Source: Isurus oxyrinchus
Taxonomy: Eukaryota
Assembly (NCBI GenBank): GCA_026770705.1
Contig: JANJGN010000017.1
Span: 18,290,001-18,354,000 of the forward strand
Direction: 5' to 3'
Length of the DNA stretch: 64,000 bases
Positions within the stretch are counted from its first letter, which is position 1, and every line of letters begins with the position of its first letter. Position numbers and translations under genes: made by a program. Below, in pieces: positions 1-13,594 of the stretch. The notes beneath the pieces are model-generated. The model saw only the letters and a list, made by a program, of their open reading frames with translations, searched no databases and had not been told where the DNA came from.

Positions 1-1
1 G

Positions 2-161
2 AAAATGATGCTGAGCTTCCATGAAGAGCAACAAGGTTTGCCGGAAAGCTTCCTTGCCACCTTCCCCTCGCTAATTAAAGTGGATGTGCACTCGAAAGTG
101 ACGGATCCTAGTGTTGCTAAGAGTATGATGGGATGTTTGCTTTCATCGTTAAAAGCTAATG
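2..161 (+). CDS. OGA: O-GlcNAcase (OGA/MGEA5 or a close paralog), penultimate coding exon; gene begins upstream of the window
   Basis: Translates [53 protein letters not shown](G), closely matching the vertebrate OGA C-terminal pseudo-HAT domain. Donor G|gtaagt at 161/162. Base 1 is probably the G of the acceptor AG. Confidence 0.93.
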
Positions 162-2178
162 GTAAGTATAAATGTTTTGCCTCCTTATCTGAAGAGACAT
201 CATGGTGCTTGCTAATTATTGGAAGCAAGTGTTACACTGGATCAAGTGGAATAAATCAAATGATTACCTGCCAAAATATTAATTTTTTTTTTTGGTTTTC
301 CCTCATTCTCAGAAACCATACAAATGAATTGATTACTATTCAAACATGAAATTCTGGACAATGTCCTTTTTAAAAATATATCCCCCTCACAGCACTGTCT
401 CTAGGGTAAGGGGCTACAGTCATGAAGGAAAATTAGAGAAGTTAGGTTTTGTTTTCTCTTGAGCTTGGCATGGTTGAGGTGAGCCAGTAGAAGCCCTTGG
501 GGCTGTGATGAGAAGTAGTGACATTCTTTCCATTGGTTGGTATGATATGAAATCTTGTGCTCTAGGTTTTGGCAGCCAACTATATTTTACGAATGTGTGT
601 CTCTTCTGAAATAAGGTCCTTGGTCAGAACGAATGCTAGTTAGCTAGGAGATGATCCCTAGCCAGCTTACATTTGAAGTATGTGATGAACAGTGACTCTC
701 GGGGAGCTGAGAATAGAGCATAGTATTGGGCCAGGCCAACGATTGTGCAGCATTGTTATCTTGGCCGATCTCCCAATAACTTGTAGCTCTTTTCAAAGAT
801 CCTGAAGGCCAAGAAAACATTTGCAGCATCTAGGAGTGGTGCAAATATCACCTCGGTGCGGGGGTGGTGGCAGTGGAATTGCATAATTTTCCCACTGAAG
901 GACTTTCCACTAAGGAGAGGTGGATGACCCCTCTATTCAGTGATATCCTGTCCTACTTGGTTATTGCCCTGTTTCAATGGCAGCCTGTGGGTATGGCAAA
1001 TTGTATCCAAAACTGACGCATTTGTCACGAAACATTAGTACTGTGGACAGTGAATCACATCATATGTTGAATGTAAAAGTTGGTGCGATGTCTTTTTGTG
1101 CAGAATAACTTGCTATAGTCAGAGAGTGAACATTAATAAAATAATAAAGAAATTCATGATAACAGAAGCCAAGATTATGCAGTCTAAGTCAGCTGCTTTT
1201 TAAAAAATTCCTTCACAGCATGTGCTTGTCGCTGGCTAGGCTTGCATTTGTTGCCCATCCCTAATTGCCCTTGAGTGAGCTGCTGCCTTGAACCATGTTA
1301 TGCATGTTCATTCATCTGGAACACATTCAATGAAGAATAACGCCCTGAGATGTACAGATGACAGTTTGGTTTTGGTACATTTTTAATAAGCAACCAAGGC
1401 ATTGTTGCTGTAGCTTTGTTTCCTGTTTTTGGGCCCCATTTCTTCTCTTTGATTCGAACTGCTGGAAATAGTGTTTAGATATTTGCTTATCTAACTGATT
1501 GACATGTCTATAATTGAAAAGCTGTGTTTTAATAGTGCAGTATTTGCATAAACATACATGCAAGGACTGGAAACTATGTAGTGTCAAGCACTTAAACATC
1601 AGTGAGCCTAAGCAATATCTAGGGCCACTTTGAAACACTGCTCTTAATTCTATCTTGCAACACTGAACTTCTTAATCCTAAATTTGTTTGGTTCAAGGCC
1701 CATATTTCAGGAATGCTGGAATGTGCTCCTCTAGCAAGCAGTATGCCTAAGGTGCCTTGCAAATTCTGGATTTCACCTGAGATTGAATGTGTGGGGGAGG
1801 AATGGGGAAGAGGGAACTTGGTTGTACTGACACTTTCTTTGTACTGGGTAGCAATAGCAAGGGAATGTCACTGACTTACAGCTTCAACATAATAGCAACA
1901 TTTTTATAGCACTTTGAATTCAGTTAAACCTCCCAAGGCGCTTTACGAGTGATTATCAAACAAAATTTGACACCAAGCCACAAGATACTAAGATAAGTGA
2001 GCCAAAGCTTTTTCAAACAGGTAGGTTAGTCAGTTAAGTCACTGATGGAGTCTCACATTGACAGCGGATGGTGGCCTGTGATGGATCCGGGTATATTAAG
2101 ACTGCCCATTCCTCTGCATGTTGTTTGCAGTGGGTTTCGATAAGTTAACTCTACTTATTTCCATCCTTATTTTTTTAG

Positions 2179-2315
2179 GATCCCGGGGAGCATTCTGTGA
2201 AGTAAAACCCAACGATCGACGAGGTCTGGAATTCTACAGAAAGCTGGGCTTCTTGGAGTTAGCTAAAATGGAGGGATTCCCGAAAGAGATGTTGGTTCTG
2301 GGAAGGAACTTGTAA
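2179..2315 (+). CDS. OGA: O-GlcNAcase terminal coding exon
   Basis: Acceptor ccttatttttttag|GA at 2177-2178, phase-compatible with the previous exon. Translates (G)SRGAFCEVKPNDRRGLEFYRKLGFLELAKMEGFPKEMLVLGRNL*, matching the OGA C-terminus; TAA at 2313-2315. Confidence 0.93.
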
Positions 2316-4280
2316 CGGGCGCCCTGTGCAACGTAGTGTAATTAAAGGATGTGTATAATTAAATGTATCTAAATTTAGCCTTAAGCTGAATAACCTGTGT
2401 TTAATAATGTTTTATATTTTATCTTTTTTTATTTGCAATACATAATAAGGTGAACTTGATCTAGATGGCACTTTGTGAGATGGGTGGAGCTCCACTGATG
2501 CAGTAACAAAGCATTGTCTTCTCTCTTCTGTTTTTACCCTTTTCTATCCTTCCAATCTTCCCATCTTACATAAGAAATTCTCTGCTATAAGATGGGAAGG
2601 TGGTAACCAGTTTCTCTCATTTCTGATGCTACTCCCGAGCTGATGGTGTTTGCTTGCTGTGCAACCATTTAAACTATCATGTCATAATGTTGCTTTGTTT
2701 ATAACTGACCATCACACACACGTTTGGACTTGGTGGCTTGCGGTGACAAAATGAGCCCAGTTCAGTTTGATTGGGTGAGGTTTTGGGACTTTAATTGGTG
2801 CCTTGGAGTTTGCTTTCTGCAATTTTTATATTCTTTTGTGAAAGCTAATGGTCTTTTGGACTCTAAATTGATACCTCTCTTTAAAAAGGCACCTTATACA
2901 TGGTGATTCTTATAATCTCACTCGGCATTTTATAGAATTGTTTCTGGATAAAAGAGCAAACTGTAAATGTTGTAAATCTAAAATAAGTGCAGCAGTGCTA
3001 GGAATACACAGCTGGTTAGTCAACATCTGTATAGAGGAAAGGCAAACTAATATTTTGGGTACATACTTTCAGAACCTGATTAAGCTGTACATCCAAACCA
3101 TTTAATTTGGTGGGAGAGCTTCTTGTTTGTATAAAGAGTGCCTGAAGTGTAACTTGGAAGTGGTCCTGCACTGGGTTTCACCAGCAACAACATAGGGCTG
3201 TAATCACTTCTTTAATATAGTAAAATAGCCCAAGGTAATTTCAAGGCCTGTCCTATATGTGACTTTACCTTCCCATCGTGTTAGCATTGATGGCTCTTTA
3301 ATGAAGTGATGGATGTGGGAGATCCTCTTTTGTCTCTTCTTTCCCCCCTTCACACAGTCCACAGTAAACTTGAATAACCTCCTGGACATCTTTCCTAACT
3401 CCTGTGAATAATTGTTTACTCTGCCAAGAAGATCTCATTGCAGAAGTTGATACTTCTCTGGTTTCATGGCCTGGTTTGTTGTATGGACCAGCAATCATTT
3501 GCATTGTGACCCATTTTCTTACATTAGATTCCAGTATCTCTGTGTCCATGGTACATCTCCGGGCTGAGGGTGCACAACAGCCAAACTGATTCTCCCAGCC
3601 AGCCGCTGGGAGCAGTGTGGCCTTCCATTTGGTTGCCAAGACCAGTGTGCTAATGAGGTCACATCATGATCTGCTCCTACACCTGTTCAAGCAACCCTAC
3701 CTACCCCTGCATTGATTAGAAGAACCATGTCCAGGAATATATTCTTCAACTGTCTGTGACAAAACCATTATCATAGTCTGCTCCATTTTCACTTTCCAGT
3801 CCTATGACTCTTGTTTTATAAAATACTCTCTACACACTAAATTCTTTCTTTGTTAAACTTTTGCTTATATGCTTGAAACATTAAGTCATGGGGATAAATA
3901 ATGGCATGTTTTAAATATTCAGTTTGTATTGACGTCAGGAGAAAACACTGAACACTGCCCTGAGAGAAGCTGAAAAGAGATGAGATCCCCTGATGTGCAG
4001 CATTCTTGTTTTGCTTTATTCCACAATTCATAAGTGCTCATATCTGTTAATTGAGGTTAAGATTTCACTGAGGTCTCCTGGCTAGCTTTGTGCAAACTGG
4101 GGTGGAAGGATTGAACAAGAAGATGGGCACAAATACTTACTGACTGAGCCAGCTACTTTATCCTCATTTTATAGTTTGTAATGTTTCCAGTAGCTGGGAG
4201 TAAACAAATTTGTTTTTCTATCTGCACGATACTGACACCAGCATTCCTGCAACCACTACCTCTACTACTACCTCTCTCTT

Positions 4281-4378
4281 CAGTTCTGAAGAAGTGTCAT
4301 ATTGGACTGAAACATTAACTCTGTTTCTTTCTCCACAGATGCCGCCAGACCTGCTGGGTTTTTCCAGTATTTTCTGTT
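4281..4378 (+). mobile_element. Penelope-like element terminal fragment with a degenerate minimal hammerhead motif (4282-4320)
   Basis: AGTT-CTGAAGA-A-GTGTCATATTGGACT-GAAA-CATT-AACT followed by the ctccacagatgc..agacctgctg..ttttccag tail shared with the PLE copies at 26455 and 59503. Confidence 0.7.
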
Positions 4379-7300
4379 TAGTGTCTGTTGTCGCAACCTG
4401 TGTCCGGGATAGCTTTCTTTCCAATTCTCCATTCACTTGTCACACTCGGTTCCAGAATCTTGGATTGAGTGAGAATTAGCTGTAAGTCTTGTTAAGTTCC
4501 ATCCTCTCTTGCCTGAATATTTTTCCAAACACTTAGTAGTCTGCAACAAGATCTAGCTTTTCCATTTACTCCTACCTTTCCTGGCTTCATTAAACTGATC
4601 AATACGTTAAGAGTGCGGTCAAAGTTTTCAGATCTCCCACTACCCGCCCTAGCCATCTCTCTGAAAATAACTCATGCTGTATGTGCTATCCTCGCAGCTC
4701 CCCTCCAGTCAGATATAAAGGCTATCTCAATTGGGTACTGTGCACAGAATTGGACAGAAATAATGTTGCTATTTGAACGAATACATGAAAAAGATGGAAT
4801 ACAAAGTTATCCAGATACTGCTCCAGTCACATTCATGGATCTAGATGGATAGAAATCTGATTTTACAGACTTAAGGTCTATGGACCAAAACTGTTTGAAA
4901 ATCTGTTTTATAAAACCTGATTAATACTTTTTCTTTACGTCCCTTTCCGCCACGTTCCTTCCCTGCCCCATCTTGCTTCCCAAATACACCGGAACATACT
5001 TCTGTATTCTAACTGTTTCTTGACTGCATACTTAAGAACCGCTGCCGCTTGCCTGCTTCCTTTGAAAACCTACTGGTGTTTTCTGCACAGTCAATAGAAA
5101 TGGTTGTGGTAGAGTGGGGTTGCTTGAAGATATGAGGGCTGTGCTGAAGTATCACTATTTATAGAAAGTTTGTGGGACTATGGTTCCAGAAACTGAAAGC
5201 ATGACAAAGTGTGCACAAGACACTGCTGAAAATCTGAAATGGAACTAGGTACCTAACAAATTGGATAAAGTTGCCTGCCTGCTAGATAACTTTTTCTCTC
5301 TTTCAAACATCAAGCTGCTGTGTATTCTGGCGCACTTTTTTTTTTGCCCCGTCGACTAAAATGGCAATGGCACCTTGATGAACATTTCCCTCACTTAATT
5401 GCCTTTGAGAAGGTGGGGATGAGTCACCACCTTGAGTCATTACATGTAGTTCATGCAATGTAGGTACGCACAAATGCTGTAAGCTCCAGGATTTCGACCC
5501 ATTGACAATGATATATTCCAAGTCAGGATAGTGTATGACTGAGGGAAATCTGCAGGTGTTGGTGTTCCCATGTCCTTGTCTTAGGCAGTAGATGTTGAGA
5601 CTTTGGCTGGTGATTCTTGAGGCAGGTTTCAGTGCCTCCCCCTCCTCTAGGGATAAAAATCATTAAGTATTTTGTCACCAGGTAAAATGAGGAAGGGTGA
5701 TTTTCTTTTTTTACACTCTGGGCACCCAATGGTACAGTTAAAGATTCTAGTTTCCCAAAAGTACAGTGTGGCTGATGCAAATATTAAGCTGTATAACAAG
5801 GGATGAAAATACTAGTTTTACAGAACTACATTGGGGTTCCATTTTGTCTTGTCACACACTATAAAACATATTAACTCTGATCATTACTGTAATATTGCAA
5901 CACCTGACTCTGCAGGTGTCAACACTTCATTTATTTCTGTAACTCTAACATGGGAATTTAGCCATGCTTCTCCTTTACCTTCTGCAGCCCCCCTCGCCAA
6001 AACTTCTGACACTCATCAGTGGAGAGCAAGCCCAGACAAGGAAAGAACTGTGTACATATAAATCTTTTTAAAAGATCATCTTTTGTGTGTCTTTTGTTTT
6101 AAAATGTGTGGATGCAGGATAGAAGTAACTAAAGGTATGCTGCTGGTCTGTTTTCTGAATCATCTCCTGAAAGCAGTGAATTCAACAACTGTTGATATGG
6201 AAAAATTAAACCAATCCTGGGGTGAGGGAGGAGAGGCACCCCGAAGGCAAATGCTGAGAGGGATAAATTAAGTGAACATGAAGACTTGGAACTGAAAGTT
6301 CCCATGGTTAATTCCTGCTTTTGGGATATTGTTTGGGTAAAGCTCAATTCCCTCAAAGTGATTGTGGTTCGACATCATTGGTAGGGAGCTCTATCATCTC
6401 TGACCCCAAGGCTCTGGTTATTGTTTCCTGTTTGAACTGAATCTCGCTCCTGCAGGTGGCATTGCTGCTATTTTGGATTGGCTCAGTTTTAATTTAGTAG
6501 CAAAGTATTTATAGTTGGATTAGCCACATTGAAAGTCATTCCTGAGCAAAACCTTATATTACCAGAGTAGGCACTACTTTCACTTTATTCTGGCCAGAAC
6601 TGTGCTGCACCACTACTTTTATAATCACATCTCATCCCTGGGCTGTGCATGCACATATCATCTGGCTGAAATGGGAGTAATCTGACTGGTTACAGAATAT
6701 TCTACTTACTGTCTGTTTTGGGGGGGAGGGTGGTTCCTGATTTTTCTGTGTGCCCTTAATGTGATTCAATATTTTTGAACTATGGTACAATTGATGGGGA
6801 AGAACATTTAAACATCTTGCAAGCTATTTTGTAAAGAAAACGTATTTCCTAACCAGGTGAAGTTTATCTGAGACATGACTTGTGTTCCTAGTGAGCATCA
6901 GAGGGTGCCATCCTTTGTTGTTGCCAATAATTAAGAAAGCACGTGAATAGTTTCAACTTAACTGCTCCAAATTTAAAAACCATTCTTGTTTCAAAAAGTT
7001 TGATAATGTGAACTAAAGAGACAGAGATCAAAGGCAAGAAAAGAGCAGTGGAGTGGGACTAATTGAGTAGCTCTTTCAAAATGCTGGCAAAGACATGGGC
7101 CAAAATGCTTCCAATGCTGTATGGTTCTAAAGGATACAGAGCAGCTATAATCTAAGTGAGTGGCTGAATGGCCACCTGTTTTTCAATAATGATCTTGGCA
7201 TGTTGGTTCTGGTTTGTTGACCAGGAGTTACTGGCTCGGCCATGTAATGAAGAAGCTGTAGGGTATCTGTTGAATCTTGGGATGCACTGATACTCGGAAT

Positions 7301-7380
7301 GTTGCTGAGACTGTCATTTTCTGACTTTGGTAATGCACTGTTGTTCCCACTTATCCCTCCAAAGATGTCCCTTTGTTCCC

Positions 7381-7778
7381 TGTGAAGGGAGCGAGCTTTC
7401 ACTTGGTTCAAGTCCCAGTCAAACGCTTAAGCCAGGCTGGCACTCCGTATGCGGAGTTGGTGTGTTGTCTGAAGGTTACATCTTTGAAATGAGACATTAA
7501 ACCATGACCCCTCAGCTAGTTGTAAAAGATTGTGTATTTCAAAGCAAAGTTGGGGAGGTCTCCCAGTATGAAGACCCAACATCTTATCCCCTTAACCACT
7601 GTAAAATCAAATTAACTATCCATTTATCTTGCTGTTTGTGGAACCTTATTGCATGCAAATTGGTCCCTGTGTTTATCTCTCTGACAATAGTGACACGGTT
7701 CAAAAATATTTAATTGGCTGTGAAGTGTTTTCTGATATCCTGATGTGAAATATATGGATAAATGCAAGTTCTATCTTC
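7381..7778 (+). mobile_element. Degenerate tRNA-head, Deu-domain SINE (SacSINE1/AmnSINE1-related)
   Basis: B-box-like ggttcaagtccc, Deu-domain-like gagacattaaacc..aaagat, and L2-type tail ataaatgcaagtt; alignable by eye to the copy at 48183-48960. Confidence 0.6.
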
Positions 7779-8239
7779 TATGTCAGCCAAAGTAGCCTCT
7801 TGATTGCTGTTTGTTGAACCAGTGCTGAATGGAGTTGGGCTTGGGTTGTGATGCCTGTCATAGTGAAACATCTTGCTGTAGCCCACTGTCGATGAGAAAT
7901 GGCCCATTTGGCTGAGTTATCACCGAGACTGTCTTCAACTCCTCAAGAAAATTGGAGAAGGAGGAGGTCATTCAGCTCCTGGAGTCTATTCCACTATTTA
8001 GATCATGGCTAACCTGTATTTCAACTCCATTTACATAGTGCTCCAGTCATCATAAATGGGGTACATTGTAACCAGAGTGAAAGTGTGGGCATTTGATGCA
8101 GAAGGGGAAGGTGCTGCTGTTTTTTCTGGAATAGTTGCAGTGGCTTGTGTAAGTTGTAGGCTAAGTATTTTAAAATGTTTGGTGTTTTGGTGCTTAGTTC
8201 AAGTTAGAGTGCAAAAAAAAACTTAAGTAAATATATTAA

Positions 8240-10860
8240 GTAATAGTGGCAGAGCAGGCTGTGCATCTGGATTGAGAGAGCTTGTGGACATGAATGAACA
8301 ACATCTCTGGTTTGGAGTCAGTGAGCTGGACTGCGAGTTGGAGACCTAGGGAGGGAGAAAGCATCTGCAGTTTGTTTCAGACCGTCTTCACACCTCTTAG
8401 AGTTGAAGTATCAGAATGAGGTCAGTGTGACCAATGGTACATATGGTAACGGGAAATACAGATACGATAATGAGGATTCACAAACTGATCCTGTGGAACA
8501 ATGTATTGTTGAGCATAAAAACACTCAGAACAACAGCCAGACTGTAGACCATGGCATCTTGGAGCAGTAGGCTGTCTAAAGGAAGGAGAAGGTTGCAACA
8601 CAAGATGGCAGTCTGCAGGCGTGCATTGGTCTGCGTGTGCATGGAAATTAGTGACGTCTGTTGGGCCCAGTCTGCACATGTGCAGTTAAGGCCTACTTGA
8701 GTAGGGCTGCATAAGCATGCATGTGAGAATTTCAAAATCAGTTCTCAGGGAATATGTCATTAGGCACAGGGTGTTGTCGGCAGTGTTGGGCAGTATTTAC
8801 AGGGACCCCCATGTGAATTTGAAAATGTGAAGGTGTCAACGTTACAGATTTGAGCCCAGCAAGTCAACAAGGAAGAAATTTTAATTAACTGCTCACTGCA
8901 GGACTCAGCTGTCCAACTGTGATGTTTTGAGCAGTGCTTTGGTCCTGGATGCTGCGTACACCGGCCCCCTCAATGACAACTTGAGTAAAACAGTCAAACA
9001 ATGCATGCACCACGTGGGCAGCAAATGCAGCTATGTCTCAATTCTAGGGGATTGGATAATTAGAGGGGCTGATAGCATCAGATATTGGCTACCTAATTCC
9101 AGGGAGAGGGACAACTCTATCCAGTTTGAAAGGATATTGGGGGAGGATTGATTCTTTTCTGATCATAGGAGTAGGCTATTCAGCCCATCGCGCCTGTTCC
9201 ACAATTCAATATAATCATGGCTGATCACCCACTTAAGTGCCTTTTTCTCTCACTATCCCCATATCCCTTTACGCCATTGGTATTTAGAAATGTCAATCTC
9301 TACCTTAAACGTACTCAATGACTGAGCTTCCACACCCTCTGGCGTCAAGAATTCCAAAGATTCGTGACTGAATTGAAAAAAAAAAAATTCTCACCTCGAT
9401 ACTTATTTTGAAATTGTGTCCCTTGGTTCTAGGCTCCCCAAGCAAGGGGAACATCTTACCTGCATGTCCGTGTTGGGGCTGACAACATAGGAAAGAGTAG
9501 ACGGGCCCTGTTTGGAGAGTATCAGAAATTAGGGCCTCAAGGGTTCTAATTGCTGGATTATCACTTGAGCCAAGTACAAATTCATGTAGGGATAAGCAAA
9601 TTAGGGAGGTGAAAGTGAAGCTAACAGAATAATATACATAAATTGTGTATTAGGCACTACAAGTAAAGGGAAGGCTAAAAGTTATAATTTAAGCCAGGTG
9701 AGAAATAAATGTAAGTAAAGAACAGATATATTAGGGTGAATGAATAGCAAGCTCAAATTCTAACTGGAGAGTATGACACAACAGCCATTACTGAGATATG
9801 GCTGGAAGGCAGTCAGTGCTGGGAACCAGATTTTATAGTTGATAGGAAAGATGTGGAAAATGGTAGCGGGGAAGAATAACTGACTTAAGGATGTGATCAC
9901 TTCAATGATTTAGTTAAGCAGACAGTAGAGACTTTATGGGTAGAATTAATAAGTAGAAAAGATGATAAGACTATTTGGAGTTCTGTATAGCAACCCTCCC
10001 ACTGCCCCAAGCCTATCCCAGTAGCAGCTAAGTGGTAGAATGTATAAATATAGATTAGGCAACTATGTAACACAAGCAGAGTGGTTTCAATGGGATTTTA
10101 ACTTTCATATCGATTGGAATAATCAAACTAATTCCTGTTAGACAGATAGTGAATCTGATTATTTAGGATAGTTTTCTGAAACAAATTGTCTTAGAACTAT
10201 TGAGAGGGAAGACCATATTAGATTTAATAATGAATAATGAATCAGATTAGGCTAACACCTGAAAAATGTGAAAATTTATCTAAAAGCCGCCATAGCATTT
10301 GAAAGGAAAAAGCATGAAACAGCTACTAAGATTCCAGATTTGGGCAAAGCTGAATTCAATGTGATGTGACAGAGACTGTTCACAGTAAAATGGGCAAATC
10401 TGAATGAGGAAAATAGAAGATGACTGAAAGGGAAAGGAATAACATAAAACTGAAAGAAAACCACAGTTTTTAAAAAATGCAAAACCTGGAGATCCTGGTA
10501 ACTGGGAGAGATACAAAAAACATGAGAAAGCAATGACAAAAGTATGATAAACTAGCAAGGGATAATAAATAATCATCTTTACACTTAGTAAAAAGAGTAG
10601 CCAAGAGTAATGTGGCGCCCTTTGAAAACTGATGGGGAATTTGTCAAAAAATTAGTAAATGGTGAACATGTTGAGTAATTAGTTTCTCGGCATTTACAGT
10701 AGATGATTTACAATAGCACGTCAGGTGTCATCCCAGGGGGGAAAAAATACAGAATTGGATAGGAATACACCAAAATTAATGTTAGCAAAGTAACAGTCAT
10801 GGAAAAAGTAATGGCACCATACGGTGACAAAACCCTGGGACCAATGGTTTCCACCCCTGA
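8240..10860 (+). mobile_element. Highly decayed CR1 LINE (ORF1 and endonuclease region), interrupted by a CR1 3' fragment at ~9165-9466 (-)
   Basis: Similar to the CR1 copy at 16763-21494 (e.g. gccattactgagatatggctg = AITETWL; gggattttaacttt = GDFN); many stops and frameshifts. Confidence 0.6.
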
Positions 10861-10889
10861 TTTTATATTATGGCCCATCATGTCTGCAC

Positions 10890-11830
10890 CACCATTCAGT
10901 GTGATGGCTGATCTGCCACAATTCCGCTTTCCCGGCTACTCCCCATATCCCTTAGTTCCCAAGAGACCAAAAATATATCTTGGCCTTAAGTATATCCATA
11001 AGCATCCATAAACCTCTGGGTAGAAATTCCAAAGATACACAACGCTGAGTGAAATAATTTCTCTTCATCTCTGCCGCTTATCCTGAGATTGTGGCCTTGT
11101 GTTCTAGATTCCTGAGGCTGGAGAAAAAAATCTGTACCCTTCAGCATCTTGTATGTTTCAATGAGTTCACCTCATTTTTCTAAACTCCAGGGTCCAATTA
11201 CTCAGCCTCTCCTAGGCCAACCCCCTCAACCCAGGAACCAATCTAGTAATCCTTTGCTATACCGCCTCCTTCCTTAAAAGTGGAGATCAAAACTGCGTAA
11301 AGTATTCCAGGTGTGGTCTTGTCAAAACCCTGTACAATTGTAGCAGGACTTCCTTATTCTTGTACTCCAATCCTCTTCCAATAAAGAGCAACATGCAACT
11401 TGTCTTCCTAATTGTTTGCAGCACCTGCATACTAATTTATGGGTATACTCAAGTACCTCTGACTGTATACAGTTACAAGTTTCATGCTTTTAAAAAAAGT
11501 TCCGCTTTTCTATTACTATCAAAGTGAAACTTCCCCACAGCATGTTTCACCTGCCACCTAGTTGCCCATTAACTTAACCTGTCTATCTTGGCAGCCTCTG
11601 TATACTCCTTACAGCTTACATTCCTACCCAGCTCTGAGTTTATCAGCAAACTTCAATACATTATACTCATCAATATAGATTTGAAATAGATAAGGCCCCA
11701 GCACACATCCTTGCTGCACTTCACTCGGCCTGTCAACCTGAACATACCCATTTAACCCTACTCTCTGCTTGTCCACAACCAATCCTCTTTCAATGCTAAT
11801 ATACTACCCCCTTCTCCATTGTATTCTAAT
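10890..11830 (-). mobile_element. CR1 LINE 3' (RT) fragment
   Basis: Contains ctaaactcca, tattccaggtgtggtct, tcagcaaactt (KFAD on -), shared with the other CR1 copies. Confidence 0.7.
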
Positions 11831-13594
11831 CTTTTATTTATTGCTAATATATTCCCTAATATATTACATTCAGAGAATCCAGGGCTCGGGGACATTGTCT
11901 AACAGTTGAAAGGCCCACCTCTAACAGTGAAGTTAGGAAACACCTCTACATGGAACGAGTGGTACAGCTTGCAATTCTTCCACAAATGGCGACTGATACT
12001 ATGTTAATTTTGAATTTTTGTTAACCAGAGATATGAAAGGATATGGAGCAAAGGTGGCTGTATGAAGTTAGGTAACAGATCAACTATGGATCTTACTGCA
12101 TGGCAGAAAAGGCTCAAGGGGCTAGAAAACTTTCAGTCTCAGTCTTGAAAGTTGTAATTCTCACCCAGCCTTTTGGGAGAGTTCCAGGTTTTCTTTAAAA
12201 GTTAGTGTGAGGCTTTTACTTCTAAGATTATGGCTGTTTTTTTTTATTCCCCCTCTGAGGAAATCATTCTTTTGAATCTTTCAACATTCATACTTCAATC
12301 TCCTGTCCTGGTCGCAATACTGGGATTGAACCTGCAGTGTATGGCTTGTGACTTGCTGCAACAACTGCTATCTCCTCACACAATTTATGAAAACAGGTAC
12401 TGATATATAGTCTTACCACCCCCAACAGAAAGTTGGTAGCCATGTCGTTATCGATCAGAAGCTTCTCCTGCAGTTTCCAACACTCCTTGTACTGAGTGTT
12501 AATTAGCAAGTCCCTTTGGTCAAAGGTTTCTGATTCTCACGAGTGTGAATTATGTCTGTGAACTCATCAGGAATGTCCCTACACCAGACAGAGAGAGGAA
12601 ATCGGATCCTGGTGACTGTGAGGAGCTGGTGTTGCACCTGTTCATTAACCAATGGATATGATACATCAGCCTCACAATGTTTAAACTCATTCTAAGGAGA
12701 GTCAGTCAACTTCAGGGTGATCACAGACTGCTGGAGGAGGGAATTTAACCCTTTAAAAGGAGCACAGTAGTGAAGTGGCTACATAATTAGATGCAATCCT
12801 GACAAGAATTTGAATTAAGCTTAAAACAAATCGAGTGACTGTGAAGCTGGCATAAACCCAACTAGTTTACTAACGTCCTTTAGGGAAGGAAACCCGCTGT
12901 CTGTATCTGGTTTGACCAATATGAGGGGGAATGGAGATTCAGCCTGGTGTAGTCCAGGAGTTGGTGCTGCAGAGCAAACAGATGTGCAAAGATTTAATAT
13001 TACTTATTGCATTCCATGACATGTCAGTAAACTGATAACATCACAGCTTTGTCCAGCCATCTGGAGAACTGTACAGAATCACATCGACGTAAGCCTGGAG
13101 TGGAATTACCCTGTCATTCACTTGATTAGTGTGACTTTATTAAACATACAAACACATAGGTATACTGAGTTACAAATAAATATGGATTAAGTCATCAAAT
13201 CTTGCTAAAAGAAAACTTTTTTCTGTGTTCATCCACAGATCTGGAAAGAATTAAAATTGTGGAAGAGTCCATGTGTGGGAAACACAATTCACTCCCTTTG
13301 CCCTTTATTTTCTCTGCCTGACACAATGACTCCAATTGTTATAGGGTCACTCAGGTGATGGGTAGCCTCCCCCCCCCCCCAAGTCTGGATAGCAGTTATC
13401 AGCAGGTTATTCTACAGTGGAGGGTATCACAGCTGAGCCTGATGCTGCCTTTGATTAATGTCCACACACGCTTTCCATCAGAGGGTCACTGCAGAGTATC
13501 AGAAGGATCCTATATGATTTCTTATGTTGTTAAGAGCTAACTTAGTGTCTGACCGTTAGCTGACCTGGCTAAAATCAACCAACTCCAGTACAAA

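Noticed and set aside
162-349. OGA ORF extension past 161 (and upstream ORF extensions of POLL exons)
   Set aside because: Intronic read-through beyond consensus splice sites; homology stops at the junctions.
2316-7000. Defined OGA 3'UTR end / poly(A) site
   Set aside because: No unambiguous AATAAA plus downstream element could be assigned by eye.
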